Source: Phoronis australis | Taxonomy: Eukaryota; Animalia; Phoronida | Reading direction: 5' to 3' | DNA length: 64,000 bases | NCBI GenBank assembly: GCA_002633005.1 | Contig: NMRA01000302.1 | Location: 257,760-321,759, forward strand | Shown: positions 12,401-21,900 of the stretch, in pieces | How the letters are laid out: each line of letters begins with the position of its first letter | Position numbering within the stretch: position 1 is the stretch's first letter | The notes under the pieces: model-generated | Seen by the model: only the letters and a program-made list of their open reading frames with translations | Database searches by the model: none | What the model was told of the DNA's origin: nothing | Translations under genes and position numbers: made by a program

Positions 12401-15400
12401 CTTCTATATTTACGAGTTCGTCTGCATTTTCATTGCCGTCAATTCCCACATGGGTTCTGACCGAGTGTATATTGACGATTATTGCAATTGCAAGCTTGTT
12501 AAGCTCATTATGCAAACATGAACAAAACGAGAATTTACCCTTGTTTTCTTTAGGGCTTTTATTGCTGCTGAGAAGTTTCAAGAAGTGTAGCTCACGTTTT
12601 AGTCTGATGAAGCATGATAATTTCTATTAGGGCAAACATTCTGACTCGTGTAATTCGTAATTTACAGAACTTTCAATAGTAATCCTTTTTTAAAATCACA
12701 TCTTATCACGTAACACCACACCATGAATTCATTAATGTTGTGCTACAAGTACTGTAATTACACCAAAAACCCGCGACCGTAAACTGCCGTTGGATGTCAA
12801 CCAAACATACCCCGGCTTGAGTCGAGTGACGCCACTTACATGGTTTTGGTGAAATTGACTTGGACTTTCAGGCCGGAGACACCAGAGATGTAAGGATAGG
12901 GTAAAACCCACTTACACTCCATGTCGTAGAAGTTCTGGGACATACAAGTTGGTTGGCTGGGTAACACAAGCGGGTCTGGAAAACATTATAAAACATTCCG
13001 TTTTAGTGAATCCGCACCACAATGATTCTCAAACGAAAGGACCTATATGGTCTAATGTTAAGCGTTTCATGCAATCTTATATCCAACCTTAAACTATTTT
13101 TTTTTGCTTTTTGTGTCCACTAATGATACGCCTCGTTCTCAAAGAAATGTTTTAAGCCCAAAAACATCGAATGATTTTATCTCATTCAATAGTCCGTCGT
13201 CCGCCAGTACATTATTTCGGCAGTGAAATGCAGATTGCTACTGATACTGCGTGACGTCACCCTAGCGAATTATTTATGTACTGCTATCAACAATGGGCGC
13301 CATCAAGCCTTCGATGTGCCGAGGACTTCGCTGGATACTCTGGGGTAAACAATGCCGGCTTTCTCGTGCACTTGCGTGCAACTGCTGTTACCGTAAGTCT
13401 TGTCAAACACCCCGAGACATCATGACGACGTTGATGATGATGACAATGACGATGACGATGATGATGATGACGTTACAGTTTCCCGGATTGAAAAGAACTG
13501 GCAGTTCGTTTGTGCGTTAGTGTTTGAGAAGGCAGTTCTAGAATTTGCATTTTACCGCAAGTCATTTTGTGCGCCGAGCAGGGTCTCAATCAAAACTGAA
13601 CTGTTACTTCGTTCCAAGCTCAGCAACCATTTCACAGTTGAATAAGGAAAAGTCGATTTTCTTAGTGGCGAGTGGTCGAAGTCACATTTCCTTTGGTAAA
13701 AAGCAGTCGTGCGTTCAGTAACGGTAGGACCTAACTAAGTCTAGTCAAAGTCACATGTTCTCACTTAAAATACACGGTAATATCTCATGCAATATCGCGA
13801 AGTCATGGTCTTTAGCGACGCCCTAGTAACTCAACACACGGCCAGGTTTATAACGTTAGCTGACATCGTAGGCTTGTACCGGTTGTCTGGGAATGACGTG
13901 ACAACACATGCCGAGCGCGTCTATTTGCAGAATTCTTTATTATTTCTGAGGATAGATTTCAGTAGCTGTCTCACAGCTAGAAAAATCTAGTCCAAATAAT
14001 CTGTTCTCCTTCATAATATGCAGCAACATTTTGCGTCTTTTTAGCGAGGTCCTAGCGTTATTGAACTCCACCTAGATGTTGTAGTGTTTTAGCCAGACCG
14101 CTCACATAGACAGTCAACCAACGCAATTTTAAGTATTTTAATTTAAGTTAATCATGCAATTTTAAAAAAGTGCATTTCTAATTATTCGGCATGAAATCCA
14201 AACTTGTCCATTTATCGTCTCAAAATTGCTCTCAAAAGGCAGTCTCTTACCAACATATGTAGGACACTAGCAAAGCTGTCACAAAGAAAGAAATGATCAC
14301 TCACCAGAAAATGTTTTTCAAAATTTGACTGTTTCAAAGCAGTGGCAACCGAATGTTGAAATAGACACTATCATTGTATGTCAAGGTCGATAAAACAACC
14401 GTTCGTCAAAGAAACTAATCACTTTCAGAAATGGTCTCAACAACTCGTTATTTTTTGTCAGATAAGGAAGTTTTCTGAGGTAGCAAAGAATTTTCAATTT
14501 AGTCGTGCTTGGGACCAGGCTCGCCACGTGAAGTAACCCGGTGCAGCAAAAGGCCAAATTGTTGAGCTTTATCTCAAGTAACTGAAAAATTGTCAGTTCT
14601 TTCCTTGCCCCTAAATCACGTCTCATCTGAAAAAGTTTACCTCCGTTTTAAAACGGGGACTGGTCTAAACCAAATGCTGCTTCTTTAGCACCAGGCGGGT
14701 TAAGCTATGACATGTTTAACCTGGACGTGCACAAGATCTGACAGTGCACCGTTCACCTTGAGAGTATTACCTTTAACGAACAATCAGCATAACAGCAGGA
14801 TAGTAAAATCTCACAAATGTAAGACAGATGTGGCGGACAATTGAAGTCTCTATTTTATTTTTAATAAAAGAAAAGTCACCAAAATGAATGCTTTGCAACT
14901 TCTGAGTTCAAGATCATACCTGTCACTAAACACCGCTTTGAGAATTTTAGACAACCACGAATCTTATAAGAAGGAAAGAGATCAATTTCCCAAATACTTT
15001 TTGACAAAAATCGGTGAGGTTTTTGTAATATAAGGTGTAACTTACAATCAACTGTCAGTTGCTGTGCAGGGTCCCAAGGTCTTGGATCGCTATGACAGTT
15101 ATAGCAACAACGAACATATTGCAGGTGTTCAGCCACGGACAGTTTGCGGAGAGTGATGTGCGCTATGGATGAGTTTTGCCAGACAGACTGTAGTGAAACC
15201 AGTGAATACAATAATTAGATAGAAAGAATGATTGAGTAAATAAAAGAGTACCTGGGAGCTACAGCAAAAATTTAAAATAGGCCTTTCTCAAGTTAAAAGG
15301 GCCTTAGTATTGTTGGTTTCACTGAAAAGGACCAATACGTACCCCCGCAGGAAGCTGTGTGTTTTTAAAAGTGATATGAAATGGCTTGTCTGACTTCGGT

Positions 15401-17975
15401 TGGCAGCTATTCATCTCGCTCACTTTGATATTGACCGCACATGTCAGCCGTAGGTCCTGTCCCACATCTATTACAGGGTCATTTGGCAACAAAGTCACTG
15501 GAATGAATAATAAATGCAAACAAATCAGATTTTTATACAAGATTCATTTCTTTACGTTGAACACCAGATCCACATGTGGGTTCAGCGGGTGCTCTTGGGC
15601 TTGAATCGTTTCCATCAAAATAAAATACCATACCGAAATACATGGCACAAAGCACTTGAAAGTATTCATTTTTCTACGCCTGAGTTTACTTACGAGACTC
15701 TTACTAAGTTAAGTTAAAAGAACCTTCATACAGATGGCTTTTAAAGCAGTGACGTCATCAGCCTTTCTCTTTTGAAGATGAATAGAGTAACATCTATCAA
15801 GGACATAAAAGCTCATAATAGCAATTACGGTGCATCACAATAAAAATACTTTAAAAAGAGAAATTCCTTCCCGCACTGAAAATTGAATTATACCATTCTT
15901 AACATACATGTATATACCAGCAAGCCTGTGCTTTTGAAGCGGGTCAAAATTAAACCATTTTATGACACGTTTCAGTGCCTAAAATTATAAAATGTCCACA
16001 TCGCCGGAGTTGTGACGGATAACTTGGAAATGGTGACGCAAATAAACAGGGCACTATATGTACTTTTATGAACAAGATATTCCATTTGTCCTCTCTACTG
16101 CATCCTATACTGGTGAGATTTCCCATGGAAACTGGCTATCTGGGCCAGACGCAAGACACTCGAGAATTTGGCAAGGTCAGTGGTGATCAGGCGAGTAGAA
16201 AACGGCAAGCGAAGAGGTGATTGGTCAACGAGGCTGGAAAGTTGAGTTACGGGATAGAATTCCCGATTCTGTTTAATGACCTAAGATATCTCGCCACATG
16301 TGTCTCGTGAGTGTCGTGCGCTTGTAGAATGCACCCCCTGGGAACTCGGCAGTGCAAACGCAACCAAATTCCCAAAAACTTACAGCCACAGCGCCTGAAA
16401 GTGGCGTCGATAGGTGTCGCTGCACAAGTCAGGAGTAGCGTTAAAGTGAACGTTTTCACAGATGACGGACGCGCGGCAGCTGCAAAGACGCATAATTACA
16501 AAAGTCATTGCAAAATGTAATTCAGTGACAAGAATTCAACAAGCAAGTAATGGGATTGAAATTTAACTATGTTGCTGTAAATAAAAATAGCCGTTCCTTA
16601 TACTACACCGGGTATTTGGAAATGTTTCACACATGGAGAATTGAATGAAGTCGATTATTTCGTCAATAAAGGGCAAACTCCAAAGCAAACCAATGTGCTC
16701 ACTGATTGGTTAAGACTGGCTCAATTTTGAATCTCTAGTTAACTCACGAACGTACACGGAGACTGTAGACACTGCTAAGCCTGCACCTGAAAGAAGCAAC
16801 CATGCGATACCTACTGTATATTGAGATTCCAATCTACCTGAAGTGCTGCGGTCTGCAGTGTTTGAAATGCAGATTTTAAAACATCTGGCTGGATTACGGC
16901 TGTTATTTGGGCGAAATATAATTCGGCGTTTTCATAGTCTTTGTCGGAATTAGATGAAAGTAGATTGTTACCGTGTGAAACAATCTTAGAAAATGTTATG
17001 CTGTTATGGGATGATGGAAATTAAGCTAAATATTTGTTAGCATCTGGTAACTGACTAGAAGATGTAGACATTTTAGTTTTTGTAATGTACTGTACACTTG
17101 AGCATGTGGGCTGGAGCATTTTGTATAAAAAGAAATAAACAAATCCACATTTTGATTGCTTTGTTAAGGAGTGAAAGTATAATTAAGTTTTTCCTTTCCT
17201 ACGATCGATAGTACATTACATGCGTGACTCGGCACAAAATGTCCTAATAAGACGTCATGCAATTTACTTTTTGTAAGCATAAGCATTTCGGACACGATTC
17301 ACAGCGCACAGCACTGTTTTTGTGTGCAAAATAACAAGTGGAAGGGTAGCGTATCACTTAGTTCTCTAGACACTATTTCAAAGTCATGTATTCACCGAGA
17401 GATTTTGGGTAGATTGACATGTGCTTTGAGGTAGACTATTAAAACTAGACCTCGCCTTATGTAATTTCATTTATATACTATTATCAATGGGTAGCCAACT
17501 TCGTCTACTACCATAGCAAAAGAGTTGCAATCTGTGTCTAGTCACTAGCGGCGCCTCCCGAGTTATTTTTAGGGTACACTGCACGCGCTTTGATTGTATT
17601 GTACATGTACGTCTGCTGACTTTTTTTGTTCTTCTGTAAAACGTGACGTTTTCAGTGGCATTGCTTGAGCCATTGTCGACTGCTCATGTGATGTGGAACG
17701 GCTTTTTTCAATGTCTCAAAAACTTTCGTAGTGCTAAGCAATAAAATACGTATTAGAATTTACCGCCCTAATACACTGTACAATTATCGGGTACTGTGAT
17801 CTAGGTAAGAAGTGAATGGCGCCTCCGCATGGAATTCATAGGCGAAATATGGAATCTGTTGTTTTGAATATGGTCATGCATGACTTCCTCTCTGGGGATT
17901 TCCAACAGAGTAGATACATATAACGAGTTTCTAACCGTTTGCTGCTTTTCAATACCTACCTTTGATGTAGCACAT
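482..17975 (-). CDS. Gene A (3' end off-window): class I cytokine receptor-like surface protein, SP + Ig + CHR (2x FN3) + sushi/CCP + Ig + Pro/Thr stalk; 589 aa in window
   Basis: Hand-spliced coding exons, all GT-AG with an open frame: 17975-17960 (MCYIK), 16479-16384 (signal peptide), 15497-15343 and 15187-15046 (Ig, LLPNDPVIDVGQDLRLTC...VRCCYNC), 12975-12840 (TCMSQNFYDMECKW, the C-x9-C-x-W CHR hallmark; absent from ORF track), 11658-11423, 9238-9069 (KPDRVQKL...LNVTWRPP), 5638-5467 (LVPDTEY...PYWSALS), 4677-4462 (sushi, 4 Cys plus KWD), 3125-3009, 1989-1851, 654-482 (second Ig ending NDYRCVA, then stalk; phase-1 donor GTGAGT). Exon lengths match paralogs B and C. First micro-exon is the least certain. 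Confidence 0.85.
2280..2400 (+). mobile_element. Ngaro terminal-repeat fragment
   Basis: TTGCTCTACCCAGTTGGTAGGCAATCG is shared with about 39113-39140 and nearly with 48968-48995. Confidence 0.55.
6135..6282. mobile_element. Short MITE (Harbinger-like), family with at least 4 copies in the window
   Basis: Inverted ends CGTTCAGTA.CGCTA.GACCT / AGGTCCT.GCG..TACTGAACG; absent in B at about 21210. Related copies at about 13708-14070, 28550-28915 and 38830-38988. Confidence 0.65.
6945..6996 (-). pseudogene. Orphan 3' remnant of the FN3 exon (GMVFEIIYFTKLRTDEK plus donor) inside gene A intron 7
   Basis: Homologous to the 3' ends of exons 9238-9069 and 22131-21962. Keeps the GTACGA donor but lacks the 5' part and acceptor; lies in a duplicated intron segment. 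Confidence 0.75.
7342..9009 (+). mobile_element. Kolobok-type DNA transposon, non-autonomous, with degenerate THAP ORF (about 7504-7740)
   Basis: TTAA|AGGAGAATG...CATTCTCCT|TTAA termini. Empty site gagctTTAAatacaatc in gene B (about 21884-21900). THAP-like VPACPNY..FFQLP..WLAVVK..LRVCGRLF with a frameshifted start. Confidence 0.8.
9893..11285. mobile_element. Non-autonomous TIR element, gene A-specific insertion
   Basis: CTCCAACCTTATT (9899) is inverted as AATAAGGTTGGAG (11266-11278). Flanks are nearly contiguous in gene B at about 22860-22880. Confidence 0.65.
12400..12480 (-). mobile_element. RNase H fragment of a non-LTR retrotransposon
   Basis: HSVRTHVGIDGNENADEL matches the RNase H motif W(V/I)PxHVGIxGNExAD; segment not present in B. 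Confidence 0.5.
13421..13470. repeat. (GAT/GAC)n microsatellite; equivalent copy at 28272-28325
   Basis: Direct reading; same intron position in A and B. Confidence 0.9.
13708..14070. mobile_element. Same MITE family, inverted; shared with gene B (28550-28915), so it predates the A/B duplication
   Basis: GTGCGTTCAGTAACGGTAGGACCTA...AGGTCCTAGCGTTATTGAAC at the equivalent intron position in both genes. Confidence 0.55.
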
Positions 17976-18242
17976 TGCATTGGGTTTTCAGAATGCTCGC
18001 CGCTCTTGATATTAACATCCAATCGAAAGTACTTAAGAAACGCAGTTTTTTATTTGAGATAATTACGTGATCATAAAAACATGATTCGTCATTTGCAATT
18101 GTTACTAATAAGGGTCCGTGTCGCTAAAAGTGCATGGCTTAAGAGACAGAACATTAATTTTTTTAGGGATACCTTATAAATTCATTCTTCAACAGTATAC
18201 AATTCTAATTGTTAAAGGGTGAACAAGGAAAACAGATAAGGA

Positions 18243-18273
<31 letters not shown>

Positions 18274-18286
18274 CCTCCCTCCCTCN
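18243..18286. repeat. (CT)n/(CCCT)n microsatellite between the gene B 3' flank and the gene A upstream region
   Basis: Direct reading; includes the ambiguous base n at 18286. Confidence 0.9.
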
Positions 18287-18962
18287 TCAGTGTGACGCCA
18301 AAAGGACATTGCGTGGGTACTCACTTCCGTCCCTAACCACCAAACGCTCCTCCAACCTTAAACAGAGCAGGTTCTTACCAGCATGTCAGCAAAAAGCGTA
18401 TGCGCACAGCCTTTGCACTATAAACTACGAAAATAATTTTCTAACAACAATTTCCTTGAATACGAAAGTCAAATCTTTGATTTATCTACATGTACCTAGT
18501 TTTGTTTCATCCACATCGGTGTTAGTTTTCTGGAAAATCAAACGTGCTCCCTTCTTCACATTTGAAATCAAGGGACCGTCATGGAAAGGGGAGGGTGACA
18601 CGTGTAGGCCCAGATAACTACACTACAGTGGTATGCATCTACATTTTTCGAAGCGTGAAATTTTCGACTCGTTTACAGAATTTGCGGAGATTTGTGTGAA
18701 GAACGACATTCTCCAGAAGAAACTGTCATCAGAGATATTGACTTAAAAAATTTGTTAGATGAGTGTAGTGTCACAAGATGTCGGCTCAAGCAAATTGAAA
18801 CTGTTTATTTTCTATTTTGTGTTACACGTTCACTTGGTTCTAGACTAGAAAATTCGAGTAAACCTTCGAATTTCACGAGATGTGAATGGCCAGTTTGGTG
18901 ATCACGTGACTTGATTGGTAAGTTACATGTACTTGCACTTCGTGATTCTACTGATATGTGCA

Positions 18963-21900
18963 TCAATGGGAAAGTGTCGCTGCGGCCAAAATCAAAGTAA
19001 GCATGGGTGGTTCGGTCATCTTTGCCTTGGTCCCTGTGTTCTCTATACTTGCGTCCATTTGTTGGTTAGCGGGGTAGTGTTCCACAGTCTTTCCTTGAAA
19101 TTGCACTGAAAACAATTATTGTACGAGACATTTGTTTCGACAAAATGGTAAAACTGAATGCTGTTCATATCAATGGGAGCTAAATATCATTTGTATGAGT
19201 AATAGTGAAGCTAGTGGGTACCATGTTTCTGCAAGAAAGGCCAGTTCGTGATTTGTACAAGTTCCAGTTGGAAGACTAACCAAAGTTAAAAGCAGCCCCA
19301 GAGCAGGCACTTTTTCGGGATCGTTTGGAATGTCTGGTATTATGGAAATGTATGCAAGAAATCAATGTTTTCTCTTCTATATTGGTGACCACTAAAATAC
19401 TTTAAACTTGTCCTTTACTACCAGTAGCGTCACGATATTTCATTTACAGCAGGCAAATTGGCTGTCGACAAATCGCGATCGAAAACACGGCAAGTGATCT
19501 CAGATGAAATTTGTCGTCGTCACTAGAGAGATCGTGCGAGTGGTTTAGGAGCTCACCTGTAGTCGCAAAATTAATGTCTTATAGGTTTGCTTGTCCCAGT
19601 GAGAACACATCTGTCAGTTACCGTGATTGTGGCTATTAGTAAACTCATTAGCGAATCCATGCGAAAACGGAAATGTATCGTCATTTTCCTAATATGTACC
19701 AATATGCCAAATTTCGTGGAAATGCATAAAAATTTGAGTGTGCAGAGGCAAACGTAAAAAATAGATTTGCCACCGGGGTACAGCGATAGGCAGATGTGTC
19801 CAAAAATCGTCGTCGACTGTCTTCGTTCAACGAAATAATTGCCAAATTTAACAAAGATCCCGTAAGGGGCTTAGTAGAAACAGACACGGACTCAAAAAGG
19901 CACTAGGGGGACCGCAGTATTCGAATAAAAAATTAGTGTCGATCCTACTTTTTTTAGTTTGAACAAATCTGCCAATTTCCATGATTCTTCAGCGGTGGGT
20001 TTCGCGGAATAGATGGTAAAATGGCCGGATGGAGGACGGGGAGACTGATGAAATTCCACTGGGCGGCTAGTGGCGGACATTGCTGTTTCTAGGACGGTGA
20101 CGACAGTTAGCAAGCATGGGCTTACAAGAAATCAAGAACGTCCGCCATTGAATGAATACTCTATGCTTTTTTGCTTCCTCGACTAGACGCCCGCTAGGTA
20201 TCGCTGCCGTCCATGAAACAATAACGACTGCGACCAGTGAAATAACATGCAATCTTCCTATTGTCTATCCATCCAAAAATACATGTAAAAAGACGTTGTC
20301 ATGAAAATCCGTCAACTATTCCGAAGATACAGAGGCCAACGTGAAAACTCACCCTTGCGTTCCCTTTTATAAAATAAGATTACATGAAATCTTCAGAATT
20401 GCGCGTAGGCCTACATACGTGAAAGGGTTTTGAATATATATGTACAGCAGGGTACGCCTGGCGGACAGCCAGACAGACGGACAGACGGAGGGACAGACGG
20501 AGGGACGGGCATCACAGTTTTGTGTCAGCACGTATGGCACGACAATAGTTCACTCACCAACAGGCCGAGTTTTCCCGAAAACGGAAGACGTCTCACTCCA
20601 GTAGGGATTGGTGTTCATGTTTATTTTACCACGGACCACGATCACGTATTCGGTGTCAGGGAAGAGCTTTGCAATAACATACCATATTGTCTTAGAGCCC
20701 TTGGGCGAAGTGTCAGTGACATTAACTGTCTGCAACGTGAGAGTTTGTAGTCATATTTTTAACAATCTTCGGAAAAACACTTCAACCTCAGAAAAACCAA
20801 CTTGTCCATTTCCAGCTTAACAGTTGTAAACAGAGGAAATGAAAGAGTGTAGACATCTTTTTATGAAAGTGTTTGCATCTTCGCTGGGAATCAGTTTACG
20901 ACTAATTATATATATGGCCAAGAACAGGTGGCTTTAATCTTAAAATGGAAATTAAGTCCCGCCATTTTAAATTTCCGAGATCAGAAAACAGCCTAGAGAA
21001 ACGTTCTCTCGTTTTTTAGAGCTCAGAATGAATGATAAGGCATTTACCACATCCCTTGGTCAACAAAACAGAAATAATTACATTTTCCAAAAACAATTCC
21101 ATCATAATATTTCTTAGTGAATTCAATTTCAAACTGATCTTCCAGCATTTTAAAGCCCTGAAGTCATCGCTAATGTAGTAATTGCCCTGCTCCACATAAA
21201 AAGAGACTAAATCCTGATATCGAATGATTATGGAAACCGCGATCTACGTGCATGTACAAATCAGTTAGGGAAGACAGTGTGCACGGCCACTTGGCCAATT
21301 AACAGGTAATGATTAAAACCTTTAAAAACAGATAATGCCCTGTAACCTAGCCAACACGTGAAAGTTTAAAAAAACCTTAAGCCGCAAACCTCATTAAAAC
21401 TCTAGGTAAATTTGGTCTGGAAAGACCGCCTGCCCCAGAAAAGAACCCATGTTGTGACACAGCAAGACAGGGTTTTACCTCTCAAGCATTTTGAAATACA
21501 AGTTTCTTGCGAGAAAAACTAGATCCCGCAAGACAATTTTTAAAAAATGACGCAAGTGTTCTATTAGCAGCAGCCACTATACTGATACTACTCAAGGAGG
21601 TCCACGTGCGTAACACATCTACCTTTCTCATGTAGCCCCGTTTTCCCAGGTCTTACATGCATAACTAACCTGTGTACACCAACAGTTACTCGTAAAAAGA
21701 GACGAAGAAAACAAAGATGTTTCATTAAAAACCATGATAGTTATACAACCTTTTAAGTTTGAGCCAAATCTTCAGGAAAGTTGATGACCCGGCAACGTTT
21801 ATGTCAAGAACTGTGACTAAGAAGTCATAAAAGACCTTCGGCGAAAGGACTGTCAGTGACAGTCAATCAAAGACCTGTGACAGGAGCTTTAAATACAATC

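Noticed and set aside
13293-13645. Poly-Asp and poly-Met ORFs (also 28252-28539)
   Set aside because: Translations of an intronic GAT microsatellite; the frame is not conserved between copies.
18915-19109. Plus-strand Cys-rich 'secreted peptide' ORFs repeated at 51066-51290 and 63215-63421
   Set aside because: Antisense shadows of the conserved GPI exon; starts and ends are not conserved, while the minus frame has a conserved acceptor and stop.
20067-20252. MHVISLVAVV ORF resembling the gene C signal region
   Set aside because: Only about 15 bp of similarity, a non-ATG start in the track, and no supporting splice structure.
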